Source: Chthoniobacter flavus (GTDB lineage: Bacteria; Verrucomicrobiota; Verrucomicrobiia; Chthoniobacterales; CAKUMP01). Taken from it: a stretch of DNA of 54,016 bases. Under the pieces are notes generated by a model. It ran no database searches and was not told the origin of the DNA. It saw nothing but the letters and a program-made list of their open reading frames with translations. The position numbers and the translations under genes are program-made. Location: positions 1 to 54,016 of the forward strand of contig DYRR01000001.1 of assembly GCA_020718605.1 (NCBI GenBank), given 5' to 3'. Below are positions 20,576-31,719 of the stretch, piece by piece. How positions within the stretch are numbered: position 1 is the stretch's first letter; each line of letters begins with the position of its first letter.

Positions 20576-21277
20576 ATGCCCGCCAGACCACCCACATTCA
20601 CCCAGCCTTGGATCGTCGCCACCATGCACGACCGCAGGGGTCTCGCCGAGGGACTGAAAATGAAGCCCGGCCAGGCTGCGGATCTTCTGGAGTTGAGACT
20701 CGACGCCTTCCCGGAGCGCGATCCCGGCCTTCTGAAAAAAATTCAAGACGCTTCCCTGCCGCTTGTCATCACGGCACGGCATCCTGCAGAAGGGGCTGTT
20801 CATCCCCTCAACGTGCAGGCAAGACGCGCACTTTTCCAGCAATTTCTTTCACACGCATCGTTCTTTGACATCGAACTGCGATCCCTCCGCTCTCTCCGCT
20901 CCACTCTGCTTGATGCGCAAGCCGCCGGCACAGGGCTCATTGTGTCCTGCCACGATTTCCGTTCCACCCCCACCATTGCCCGCCTGCGGGATCTCGCCCG
21001 CCGGGCTGCCGACGCCGGGGCGGATATCTTCAAAATCGCAACCACTCCGTCGCGCCCCGCCCATTTTTTCGCCCTTCTCCAGTTGCTGGAGGAACGCCCG
21101 GGCAACATCCCCGTGGCCGCCATGGGCATGGGTCCCTCGGGGCGGGCCTCACGGCTTCTCTTCGCGCAACACGGCTCGGCGCTTGTCTATGGACACCTCG
21201 GCTCACCCCAGGTGCCCGGACAATTCCCGGCCAAACTCCTGCGGCAACGCCTCGGAGAAGCCATGGCCAGTGCCTGA
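20576..21277 (+). CDS. aroD: Type I 3-dehydroquinate dehydratase
   Basis: PWIVATM..., DLLELRLD, SCHDF, and ADIFKIA (Schiff-base Lys context). The ATG at 20576 is preferred; the ORF-track start at 20489 would overlap the divergent gene. Confidence 0.82.
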   Translation: MPARPPTFTQPWIVATMHDRRGLAEGLKMKPGQAADLLELRLDAFPERDPGLLKKIQDASLPLVITARHPAEGAVHPLNVQARRALFQQFLSHASFFDIELRSLRSLRSTLLDAQAAGTGLIVSCHDFRSTPTIARLRDLARRAADAGADIFKIATTPSRPAHFFALLQLLEERPGNIPVAAMGMGPSGRASRLLFAQHGSALVYGHLGSPQVPGQFPAKLLRQRLGEAMASA

Positions 21278-21348
21278 CTCACCGTCAAACACACCACCCC
21301 AACCACCCGGAAAACACTGCCGGGGCTGGAAAAAGAACTGCGGTCCGA

Positions 21349-21639
21349 TCAGGCCTGCCCGGGTGCCGTGACAGACGCTGTCTCGATCGGGGCGAACTCC
21401 ACCACCGGATCCGGCACGCTCTGGGCCGACACTTCCTCAACCACTGCCACCGCCGCCTTCGCTTTGGGGGCGGCTTTCTTGGCGGGTGCCTTTTTCTTCA
21501 GAGCCGGCTTGGCCGCCTTGTCGTCGCTCGGACGGTGCTTGGGCGCAGTGAGCTTGGCGGTCAGGGTGCGCTCTTTCTTGCGGGCAAGATAATTGGTGCG
21601 GCGTTTGCGTTTGATGCGTGCTTTGAGTTGTTGACCCAT
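21349..21639 (-). CDS. Small Lys/Ala/Pro-rich basic protein (histone H1-like composition)
   Basis: 96-aa ORF with ATG start. By my count 23 of the first 63 residues are K/R. Contains KAAKPALKKKAPAKKAAPKAKAA repeats and an acidic/hydrophobic C-terminal tail. It is divergent from the SNF2 gene. Confidence 0.6.
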   Translation of the reverse strand: MGQQLKARIKRKRRTNYLARKKERTLTAKLTAPKHRPSDDKAAKPALKKKAPAKKAAPKAKAAVAVVEEVSAQSVPDPVVEFAPIETASVTAPGQA

Positions 21640-22025
21640 GAGAATAAAATGGTGTTCGAGTTGTGTTGGTTTCAGGTTGGACCGCGCAGGCTATGTGAAA
21701 ACATCGCAGCGGTCAATGGCATCCTTTAAGGCTCCTCTTCACGATTTTTTTGCCCGTAACCGCGAGCAGGAGCGAGTGGAGAGGGAGTCAACATCCACCA
21801 ACCATCGATGCGCGGCTGCTGGCCGACGATGCACGCGTAAAGTAGGAAACGGGGAGGAAGAAGCCACCTCAGTCGCAGCGTACGGCGTCTCAGAAGACGT
21901 CGTAATATTTCAATTATCTGGCCGCAGAAATGTGCCAGACGCATGGGTGGAGTGATTCGCTTGAGAGCGTGGCGTTGTTGCGGGAACTATTGATTTATCC
22001 GACGAGATGGCTAGCTTCGCGTCCG

Positions 22026-24758
22026 ATGCATCCCACGCTTGCCCTCACGCCTCACGGACGATTGATCCTTGGCGCGGGGGCAGAGACAGAATCTACAGAT
22101 TCGCAGGCAAAGGTCTGGCACAAGATAGAGGAAGCCTTTGCACAATCCTCTGCGCATGGCCTCATCGCACTTGCGCGTTATCGAGAGGTGAGACTTCCCG
22201 GTGTGTCGGAGTTTGCCTATTGGCGGGAATTTTCCGACACATGCCTTGCCGCACTCGCTCATGCGACCGGCACGACCGACAGTGTCTTTCCCGAGTCGGT
22301 CCCGATGCCGCCGGAAGCTGGATTTGAGTGGACACTTCGCATTCCTGCCATGCGGGGTGCCGAGTACGCAGATCCGGAAATCTTCGTCAAGCTATGGAAT
22401 GACCTGGTCGAAGTTGCCCGCCAGGAAGCACCGGCACACGACGGACCGCGTCCGTGGCTGACTGCGATCAATGCCGCGTTGCATTTGCTGGGCAAGGTCA
22501 CATTTCATTTGGCTGAAAACAAACGCTCGCCCGAAACGCCGTTTGCGTTCATGGCAACCTTTACCCACCGGTTGGCTTCTGGGGATAAACCGGTGCATTT
22601 GCCTCTGGCACGTGCCTTGCAGGAGTTCGCGGGTACTCAGAATCGAACGGCCTTAAAATCGCTGCTCGATCCGGTGCAGAAAGCGGCGGAGACCAGCGCA
22701 TGGGTGCGTGAATTGCTTGAAAGCCGCAGGGTATTCCAACCCCAGGCATGGACTGCCGGACAAGCGCACTCCTTTTTGCGCGAAGTGCCCGCCCTGGAAT
22801 CCTCGGGCATCATCACCCGCATCCCGAACTGGTGGAAAAATGGAAGGGGACCCCGCCCGAAAGTGCGCGTGCGCGTAGGGGGAGACGAGGGCGGTATCGT
22901 CGGTATCGGAAGCATGCTGGATTTTTCTATCGAAACCACTCTCAATGGCCATCCCCTTACGCGCAAAGAGTGGAAAGAGATGATGGCATCCGGCGATGGG
23001 TTGATTTCCTTGCGCGGACAATGGATAGAGGTGGATCGAGAAAAACTTCAGGAAGTGTTGGCGCACTGGGAAAAAGCCGGGCGCGGGGCGTCCGAGAACG
23101 GCGTTTCATTTCTGGAAGCCATGCGGCTGCTGGCGGGATTTCGCACGAGCACTCAAGCGGATACTGCAGGGGCCGATACCCCAGACTGGAGTGAGGTGAT
23201 GGCGGGGGGGATGTTGCGCGAAACGCTTGAGGCGCTTGTGGATCCATCGCGGGCCGCCGATTTCGATCCGAACGAACATCTCACCGCACGACTTCGCCCC
23301 TATCAGGAGTTCGGAGTAAAATGGCTCTGGCTCTTGCAAAAACTTGGTCTCGGTGCCTGTCTCGCCGACGACATGGGTCTTGGAAAAACCATCCAAGTTC
23401 TCGCGCTCCTGAATCGTCTCAAACACGAATCCCCTCCCCCACATTCAAAGAAAAATCCACCAACATCGCTTCTGATCGCCCCCGCCTCATTGCTGGCAAA
23501 CTGGATGGCCGAACTCTCCCGGTTTGCGCCCCATCTAAGGGCCATCTGTCTCCATTCCTCCACCACGGCTCCGGAACAATGGCGTGACGCCAAAGCCGCC
23601 CGCACCCTCCTTGATGGGTGCGATCTCGCGATCACCACCTACGGACAGGCCGGACGCCTCGACTGGATCGCGGCCTATCCATGGCGCATCCTCATTCTCG
23701 ACGAAGCTCAGGCCATCAAAAATCCCGGCAGCAAGCAGACCCGGTCCATCAAACAAATCTCTGCCCAGGCCCGGATCGCGCTCAGCGGAACACCGGTCGA
23801 AAATCGTTTGGGCGATCTCTGGTCTCTTTACGATTTTCTCAATCCCGGACTGCTGGGAAATGCCGTGGAATTCACGCGCGCCATCAAGACCATCCAAGCT
23901 GGAGAACCGCCCGATTTTTCGCCCTTGCGGAAGTTGGTCCACCCCTATCTCCTGCGTCGCCTCAAGACGGACCGGGATCTCATTCCCGATCTGCCCGATA
24001 AATCCGAAGTCACGGCCTGGTGCCCTCTCGCAAAAAAACAGGCGGCACTCTATCAACGCACCGTCGAGGATCTCGCCGAGAAACTCGATACCCTTACCGA
24101 TGGCATTCAACGCCGCGGCCTGGTGCTCGCCTATCTGATGCGGTTCAAACAAATCTGCAACCATCCCGCGCACTGGCTCGGAAACGGAGCCTTCGCGCCC
24201 GAGGAAAGCGGCAAGTTTGAGCGACTCGCAGCACTCATCGAAGAAATTGCATCCCGGCAGGAAAAAGTGCTCGTCTTCACGCAGTTCCGCGAAATGACCG
24301 AACCGCTGGCCGACTGGATGAAAACACTTTTCGGACAACCCGGACTCATCCTGCATGGAGGAACTCCGGTGAAACAACGTTCCCGGCTTGTGTCCGATTT
24401 CGAGAAAGAGAACGGCCCACCCTTTTTCGTTCTCTCGCTCAAAGCGGGCGGCACGGGACTCAACCTCACGTCCGCCAATCATGTCGTTCACTTCGATCGT
24501 TGGTGGAATCCCGCAGTCGAAAATCAAGCCACGGACCGCGCCTTTCGGATCGGACAAAAACGCAATGTTCTCGTTCATAAATTTGTCTGTCGCGGAACGA
24601 TCGAAGAGCGCATCGACGAACTCATTAGTCGAAAAAAAGCACTGGCAGATTCCGTGCTCGGTGCGGATGGCGGCGCCGAGAAACTGCTCACCGAAATGAA
24701 TAATAAAGAACTCTTGGATTTTGTTGCACTCGACATCCGATCGGCAACCGGCGAATGA
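22026..24758 (+). CDS. SNF2-family ATPase/helicase with SNF2-associated N-terminal domain
   Basis: Motif I LADDMGLGKTIQ, II ILDEAQAIKN, III ALSGTPVENRL, V-VI SLKAGGTGLNLTSANHVVHFDRWWNPAVENQATDRAFRIGQ. The N-terminal part contains LISLRGQWIEVD, typical of bacterial SNF2_assoc. The ATG at 22026 is preferred. Confidence 0.92.
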   Translation: MHPTLALTPHGRLILGAGAETESTDSQAKVWHKIEEAFAQSSAHGLIALARYREVRLPGVSEFAYWREFSDTCLAALAHATGTTDSVFPESVPMPPEAGFEWTLRIPAMRGAEYADPEIFVKLWNDLVEVARQEAPAHDGPRPWLTAINAALHLLGKVTFHLAENKRSPETPFAFMATFTHRLASGDKPVHLPLARALQEFAGTQNRTALKSLLDPVQKAAETSAWVRELLESRRVFQPQAWTAGQAHSFLREVPALESSGIITRIPNWWKNGRGPRPKVRVRVGGDEGGIVGIGSMLDFSIETTLNGHPLTRKEWKEMMASGDGLISLRGQWIEVDREKLQEVLAHWEKAGRGASENGVSFLEAMRLLAGFRTSTQADTAGADTPDWSEVMAGGMLRETLEALVDPSRAADFDPNEHLTARLRPYQEFGVKWLWLLQKLGLGACLADDMGLGKTIQVLALLNRLKHESPPPHSKKNPPTSLLIAPASLLANWMAELSRFAPHLRAICLHSSTTAPEQWRDAKAARTLLDGCDLAITTYGQAGRLDWIAAYPWRILILDEAQAIKNPGSKQTRSIKQISAQARIALSGTPVENRLGDLWSLYDFLNPGLLGNAVEFTRAIKTIQAGEPPDFSPLRKLVHPYLLRRLKTDRDLIPDLPDKSEVTAWCPLAKKQAALYQRTVEDLAEKLDTLTDGIQRRGLVLAYLMRFKQICNHPAHWLGNGAFAPEESGKFERLAALIEEIASRQEKVLVFTQFREMTEPLADWMKTLFGQPGLILHGGTPVKQRSRLVSDFEKENGPPFFVLSLKAGGTGLNLTSANHVVHFDRWWNPAVENQATDRAFRIGQKRNVLVHKFVCRGTIEERIDELISRKKALADSVLGADGGAEKLLTEMNNKELLDFVALDIRSATGE

Positions 24759-24765
24759 TCCGCGC

Positions 24766-25653
24766 ATGTCCAGATTCTTCTTTCGTCCCTACGTCCCAGT
24801 CGCCCAACGACGTGCGCAGGCTCTCAAAAAAGCCGCAAAGCTTGCAAGGGAAGGCAAAATACTCAGCCCGATCCTCATCGATGGCCGCACCATCGCCTCG
24901 ACCTTCTGGGGCAAAGCCTGGTGCAATAATTTGGAATCCTACAGCGATTATGAAAATCGCCTGCCGCGTGGGCGCACGTATGTTCGCAACGGCTCGGTGA
25001 TCGACCTGCAAATTGCCTCCGGCCAGATCGACGCGCTCGTGCAGGGATCTTCCCTTTACAAAGTCGCGGTTGTCATCGCACCTCTTGCTCCCAAGCGATG
25101 GAAGACATTTGTAAAATCCGCTGCGGGAAAAATTGCAAACCTCTTCGATCTCCTCCAAGGCCGGTTGTCCAAGGATTTGCTGACAGACATCACGCGCAAT
25201 GAGGACGGACTTTTTCCCACTCCAAAGGAAATAAAACTTTCCTGTAGCTGTCCCGACTGGGCCGTCCTGTGCAAGCACGTCGCCGCCGTGCTCTACGGAG
25301 TGGGGGCCCGCCTCGATTCTCATCCAGAACTCTTCTTCACGCTGCGCGGAGTGAAGATGGAGGATCTGCTCTCTGCCGCTGGTAAAAGTGCAGCGGTGCC
25401 TTTGGCTGCCGATTCCGGACCGGCGATTGCGGCGGCGGATCTCTCGGATATTTTTGGAGTCGAAATCGAAGACTTACCCATCCGGGTTCAAGAGGAGGCC
25501 GCAGTCAAACCCGCTTCGACAAAAGCCAAAGCAAAAAAGGCACTGCGCAAAACACCGAAACTCAAAGACAAGGTCAAAGGGAAATCAATCCCCGCCGTAA
25601 TACGCAAAAAGATTCTCGCAAAAATAAAGTCGTCCCCGACGCGCAGACCGTGA
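24766..25653 (+). CDS. SWIM zinc-finger protein with Lys-rich C-terminal tail
   Basis: CSCPDWAVLCKHVAAVLYG (CxC...CxH SWIM signature). The start is 8 nt after the SNF2 stop. C-terminal tail KAKAKKALRKTPKLKDKVKGK. Confidence 0.85.
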   Translation: MSRFFFRPYVPVAQRRAQALKKAAKLAREGKILSPILIDGRTIASTFWGKAWCNNLESYSDYENRLPRGRTYVRNGSVIDLQIASGQIDALVQGSSLYKVAVVIAPLAPKRWKTFVKSAAGKIANLFDLLQGRLSKDLLTDITRNEDGLFPTPKEIKLSCSCPDWAVLCKHVAAVLYGVGARLDSHPELFFTLRGVKMEDLLSAAGKSAAVPLAADSGPAIAAADLSDIFGVEIEDLPIRVQEEAAVKPASTKAKAKKALRKTPKLKDKVKGKSIPAVIRKKILAKIKSSPTRRP

Positions 25654-25691
25654 AGAACTTGTCGTCACTTTCTGGATTTTCTGGGTTTTCT

Positions 25692-25786
25692 TGACGCATC
25701 ATATCCTGACTTCTGGGGAAAAGAGATGACCTGCTGTCACACTGCGTGGCGCAACCACTGACGCACAGTGTGTCACCCTGCGTCAC
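25692..25786. promoter_or_regulatory. Candidate operator cluster upstream of dnaK
   Basis: TGACGCA at 25692-25698 and 25759-25765, and its complement TGCGTCA at 25779-25785. Imperfect inverted repeat TGTCACACTGCGT (25735-25747) / ACGCACAGTGTGTCA (25761-25775). The cluster lies 135-230 nt upstream of the dnaK ATG. Confidence 0.3.
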
Positions 25787-25920
25787 TTTTCCCCATTGTC
25801 AAATCAGCTATTGGAAGATTCGAATGTCATAAATAGAACGACTGCAGTTGTTTATGAATTTTTCAAGACCATGGAATACAACTTGCTTAAGAAGCGGCCC
25901 TCGAAAGGAATCTCATTATC

Positions 25921-27849
25921 ATGTCCAAAATTTTAGGAATCGATCTCGGCACCACCAACTCCTGCATGGCTGTCATGGAAGGCGGGGAACCCATGGTGCT
26001 CGAAAACTCTGAGGGTGCCCGCACCACACCGTCCATCGTGGCTTTTGCCAAAAACGGCGAGCGCCTCGTGGGCCAGGCCGCCAAACGCCAGGCCATCACC
26101 AACCCCTCCAATACGGTTTTTTCCATCAAACGCTTTGTGGGCCGCAAATACAACGAAGTAAAGGAAGAGGAGAAACGCGTGCCTTATCATGTGGTCAAAG
26201 CCCCAAACGGCGACGCTGCGGTGGAAGTCGATGTGAATGGGGAGAAGAAAGTTTTTACGCCGCAGGAAATCTCGGCGATGATTCTCGCAAAACTCAAAGC
26301 CGACGCGGAATCCAAGCTCGGCGAGAAGATCACCAAAGCCGTCATCACGGTCCCCGCCTATTTCAACGATGACCAGCGCAAGGCCACCAAGGATGCCGGC
26401 CAGATTGCCGGACTGGAAGTGCTTCGCATCATCAACGAACCCACAGCCGCCTCGTTGGCCTACGGACTAGACCGCAAGAAGGACGAAAAGATCGCGGTCT
26501 ATGATCTCGGCGGCGGCACATTCGACATCTCGGTGCTCGAAATCGGGGAAGGTCTGTTTGAGGTGAAGGCCACCAACGGCGATACCCATCTCGGCGGCGA
26601 CGACTGGGACAACCGCCTCATGGACTGGATTCTGAACGATTTCAAGTCCGACAGCGGCATCGATCTCTCGAAGCAACCGGACGCCGTCCAGCGCATCAAA
26701 GAAGAGGCAGAGAAGGCCAAGATCGCGCTTTCCTCCTCGCAGGAATACGAGTTGAACCTGCCGTTCATCACAGCGGATCAAACCGGTCCGAAACACATTC
26801 AGAAGAAACTCACCCGGGCCAAATTGGAGCAGCTCACCGACGATCTTTTTGAGCGCACCAGGAAACCCGTCACCGCCTGTCTCTCCGACGCGGGACTGAA
26901 GACGTCCGAGGTGGACGAGCTCGTTCTGGTCGGCGGCATGACCCGCATGCCGAAGGTGGTCGATACCGCCCGCGCACTCATCGGCAAGGAGCCCCACAAG
27001 GGCGTGAACCCCGACGAAGTCGTCGCGGTCGGCGCGGCGATCCAGGGCGGCGTGCTTCGCGGCGACGTGAAGGATGTTCTCCTTCTGGATGTCACCCCGC
27101 TCACTCTCGCCATCGAGACGGCGGGCGGCGTGGCCACCCCCATGATCGGACGCAACACCACCATCCCGACCAAGAAGACGAACACTTTCTCCACCTACAG
27201 CGACAATCAGCCGGGCGTGGAGATCAAGATCATCCAGGGCGAGCGTCCGCTCTCCCGCGACAACAAGCAGCTCGGCAATTTCCATCTCGACGGCATCCCG
27301 CCGGCCCCGCGCGGAGTGCCGCAGATCGAGGTCACGTTCGACATCGACGCCAACGGCATCCTGCATGTCTCCGCCAAGGATCTCGGGACTTCGAAGGAAC
27401 AGAAAATCTCCATCACCGGTTCCGGCGGACTCAGCAAGGAGGAGGTGGACCGCATGCAGAAGGAGGCGGAACTTCACGCCGAGGATGACCGCAAGGCCAA
27501 GGAACGCATCGAAACCCGCAACAGCGCCGACAGTCTCGCCTACCAGTGCGAGAAACAACTGAAGGATCTCGGCGAAAAGATCGATCCGACCAAGAAAAAA
27601 TCCGTCGAAGACGCCATCGCCTCCCTGCGCAAGACGCTCGAAGGCGACGACACCGACGCCATCAAAAAATCCCAGGACGATCTCCAGGCAAAGTTTCAGG
27701 AAATCAGCGCCGACCTCTACAAACAGGCCGCCGCCACCAGTCCCGAGGCCGCCGCTGCGGGCGGGCCCGCCGAAGACACCAAGCCCAAGGCGGATGACGT
27801 CGTCGATGCGGAGTTCGAGGTCGTCGATGACGACAAGAAAAAGTCCTGA
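25921..27849 (+). CDS. dnaK: Chaperone DnaK (Hsp70)
   Basis: 642-aa ORF with [38 protein letters not shown] and an acidic C-terminal end. Confidence 0.98.
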   Translation: MSKILGIDLGTTNSCMAVMEGGEPMVLENSEGARTTPSIVAFAKNGERLVGQAAKRQAITNPSNTVFSIKRFVGRKYNEVKEEEKRVPYHVVKAPNGDAAVEVDVNGEKKVFTPQEISAMILAKLKADAESKLGEKITKAVITVPAYFNDDQRKATKDAGQIAGLEVLRIINEPTAASLAYGLDRKKDEKIAVYDLGGGTFDISVLEIGEGLFEVKATNGDTHLGGDDWDNRLMDWILNDFKSDSGIDLSKQPDAVQRIKEEAEKAKIALSSSQEYELNLPFITADQTGPKHIQKKLTRAKLEQLTDDLFERTRKPVTACLSDAGLKTSEVDELVLVGGMTRMPKVVDTARALIGKEPHKGVNPDEVVAVGAAIQGGVLRGDVKDVLLLDVTPLTLAIETAGGVATPMIGRNTTIPTKKTNTFSTYSDNQPGVEIKIIQGERPLSRDNKQLGNFHLDGIPPAPRGVPQIEVTFDIDANGILHVSAKDLGTSKEQKISITGSGGLSKEEVDRMQKEAELHAEDDRKAKERIETRNSADSLAYQCEKQLKDLGEKIDPTKKKSVEDAIASLRKTLEGDDTDAIKKSQDDLQAKFQEISADLYKQAAATSPEAAAAGGPAEDTKPKADDVVDAEFEVVDDDKKKS

Positions 27850-27938
27850 CACCAGTCCCAATCTCAACCCAACCCGCCGCCCGAAGGCGTCCGCTGTTTC
27901 GGACGTTCCAAGGTCGGCAACCCAACAACAACACACAC

Positions 27939-28232
27939 ATGGCAATCAAAGTGAAACCTCTCGGAGATCGCGTGCTCGTAAAGCCGCTCGAAGAGAAAGA
28001 AGTCAAAAAAGGCGGGATCATCATCCCGGACACCGCAAAAGAGAAACCCCAGGAAGGCGAAGTCATCGCTCTCGGCACCGGCAAACGGGACGAGGACGGC
28101 AAGAAAATCGAATTCACGGTGAAACAGGGCGACAAGGTCCTGATCTCCAAATACGGCGGAACCGAAATCAAAATCGACAGCGTCAACTATCTGATCATGC
28201 GCGAGGACGACATCCTCGGCATCCTCGGTTGA
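27939..28232 (+). CDS. groES: Co-chaperonin GroES
   Basis: 97-aa ORF: [19 protein letters not shown]..., GEVIALGTG. Confidence 0.97.
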   Translation: MAIKVKPLGDRVLVKPLEEKEVKKGGIIIPDTAKEKPQEGEVIALGTGKRDEDGKKIEFTVKQGDKVLISKYGGTEIKIDSVNYLIMREDDILGILG

Positions 28233-28259
28233 TCGCCTCATCCAAACCAAACCAACTGA

Positions 28260-29909
<1,650 letters not shown>

Positions 29910-29952
29910 TCCATCTCCTGTCCGGGTGCGCCTTTCAGCACCCACAATCTGC

Positions 29953-29988
29953 GGGCGGATCCCTTCACGGGGGTCCGCCCGTTTTTTT
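29953..29988 (+). terminator. Rho-independent terminator after groEL
   Basis: GGGCGGATCCC (29953-29963) pairs with GGGGTCCGCCC (29970-29980): 11 bp including one G-U. A T7 run follows at 29982-29988. A second 6-bp hairpin (GGGTGC/GCACCC) sits just upstream. Confidence 0.8.
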
Positions 29989-30033
29989 CCGTGGCGCATC
30001 GGGACGTGTCCGAAGCGTCACGGCTCCTGGACA

Positions 30034-30181
30034 CGCCCGAATCATTGCGCTCCTCTGGAGAATATCGAAAAAATGGGGGGATTGTGCGGTACGCGATCCC
30101 GCTCCTCCCGGAGCGGGCTACAGGCTGCTTCGTAGCTCTGCGCGGGAGCGCAGGGATCTGCCAATCCTAATGCTTGGGGGG
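30034..30181 (+). repeat. Interspersed structured repeat, copy B
   Basis: Aligns with 38683-38831 with only ~10 substitutions (my visual alignment). The invariant core is 30106-30158. It ends in a G-run 18 nt before the proA stop codon (30200-30202). Confidence 0.9.
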
Positions 30182-30199
30182 ACACGGCGAAGGCCGGGA

Positions 30200-31459
30200 T
30201 CACCCCCGCACCTGACCGGTGCCCCGGATTTGATATTTGTAGGTCGTGAGTTCCTCAAGCGCCATCGGGCCGCGCGCATGCAGTTTGTCGGTGCTGATCC
30301 CGATCTCGGCTCCCATGCCGAACTCCCCGCCATCCGTGAACCGGGTCGAGGCGTTCCAATACACCGCCGCACTGTCCACATCGCGCAGAAACCGCTCCGC
30401 CGCCCCCGCATCGCGCGTCACAATGCTGTCGCTGTGACGGGATCCGTATTTTTCGATGTGATCCACCGCTTCCTCAAGATTGTCCACCACACGGATGGAC
30501 AGGATGAGATCCAGATATTCCGTGCTCCAGTCGGCCTCCGTGGCGAGCAACACCGTATCACCGAGAATCGCCCGGGTGGCCTCGTCGCCCCGGAGTTGGA
30601 CGCTTTCCTCCATGAGAAGTGCGCCGGCGGATTTCAGAAAAATGTCCGCAACGGCCCGATGCACAAGCAATGTCTCCAAGGCGTTGCAAGTGCCGGGACG
30701 CTGACATTTGGAATTCAACACAATGGCGGCGGCCATTTCCAGATCGGCATCTTTGTCCACATAGACATGACACACCCCATGGTAATGCTTGATCACGGGC
30801 ATCCGGGCATGGCGCATCACGGCTTCGATGAGCGAATGGCCGCCCCGGGGCACGATCACGTCGATATATTTATCCATCTCCGCCATGAACCGCACCGCCT
30901 CCCGATCGGTGCTGGGCACAAGCTGGATGCTGTCGGGCGGCAAACCCGCCGCAGCACCCCCCTGCTGGAGTGCGCGGGCGATGGCGAGATTGGAGTGGAT
31001 CGACTCCGACCCGCCCCGCAGAATGGTGGCATTGCCGGTCTTGAGACACAACACCGCCGCGTCGCTGGTCACGTTGGGACGCGACTCATAGATGATCCCG
31101 ATGACTCCGATGGGGACCCGCACCTTGGAAATTTGGAGCCCGTGGTGCGTGGTCCAGTTTTTGATGACTTCACCCGAGGGATCGGAAAGACCGGCGACCT
31201 GCCGGATGCCATCGGCCATCGCCGCAAGGCGTTTGGGGTCCAGCCGGAGCCGGTCGAGCATCGCGGCGGAGAGGCCCCGCTCCGCGCCCGCTTTCATGTC
31301 CAAGGCGTTGGCTTCCAGGATCGCGGAAGTGTCGGATTCCAAGGCATCGGCCATGGAAAGCAGGATGGCATTTTTCGATTCAGTGCTGAGTTTCACCAGT
31401 TCCCGGGCAGCCGCACGGGCGCTGGCGCCAAGATCCAATATTTGCGTGGCAAGGTCCAT
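30200..31459 (-). CDS. proA: Gamma-glutamyl phosphate reductase
   Basis: ILEANALDMKAGAERGLSAAMLDRLRL, VIGIIYESRPNVT, CNALETLLVH. The ATG at 31459 (MDLATQILDLG...) is preferred, because the longer ORF would abut the tRNA at 31545. Confidence 0.94.
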   Translation of the reverse strand: MDLATQILDLGASARAAARELVKLSTESKNAILLSMADALESDTSAILEANALDMKAGAERGLSAAMLDRLRLDPKRLAAMADGIRQVAGLSDPSGEVIKNWTTHHGLQISKVRVPIGVIGIIYESRPNVTSDAAVLCLKTGNATILRGGSESIHSNLAIARALQQGGAAAGLPPDSIQLVPSTDREAVRFMAEMDKYIDVIVPRGGHSLIEAVMRHARMPVIKHYHGVCHVYVDKDADLEMAAAIVLNSKCQRPGTCNALETLLVHRAVADIFLKSAGALLMEESVQLRGDEATRAILGDTVLLATEADWSTEYLDLILSIRVVDNLEEAVDHIEKYGSRHSDSIVTRDAGAAERFLRDVDSAAVYWNASTRFTDGGEFGMGAEIGISTDKLHARGPMALEELTTYKYQIRGTGQVRG

Positions 31460-31544
31460 ATCTCCGGAAATGAAACGCGGAACGCGCACGGACACAAGAG
31501 AAAGGTTGCGCACGGATGCCCTCTCTGCTCCCATACGGGACAAC

Positions 31545-31618
<74 letters not shown>

Positions 31619-31690
31619 TGTTTTTCTCCTCCAGTCCGACGGACTGGACATATGCCACCTGGAAACGTTCAAAATATTTTTAAATATTTA

Positions 31691-31719
31691 TTGACGGGTT
31701 TCGGCATTCCCATTATCAA
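31691..31719 (+). promoter_or_regulatory. Candidate sigma70-type promoter with AT-rich UP-like element
   Basis: TTGACG (31691-31696), a 17-nt spacer, then TATCAA (31714-31719). It is preceded by the AT-only near-palindrome AAAATATTTTTAAATATTTA (31670-31689). This implies a ~200-nt leader before the porin-like gene. Confidence 0.35.

Noticed and set aside
25791-25798. CCCCATTG upstream of dnaK as a sigma-32 type -10 box.
   Set aside because: No CTTGAA-like -35 lies at the required 13-15 nt spacing; the sequence there is GTGTCAC.
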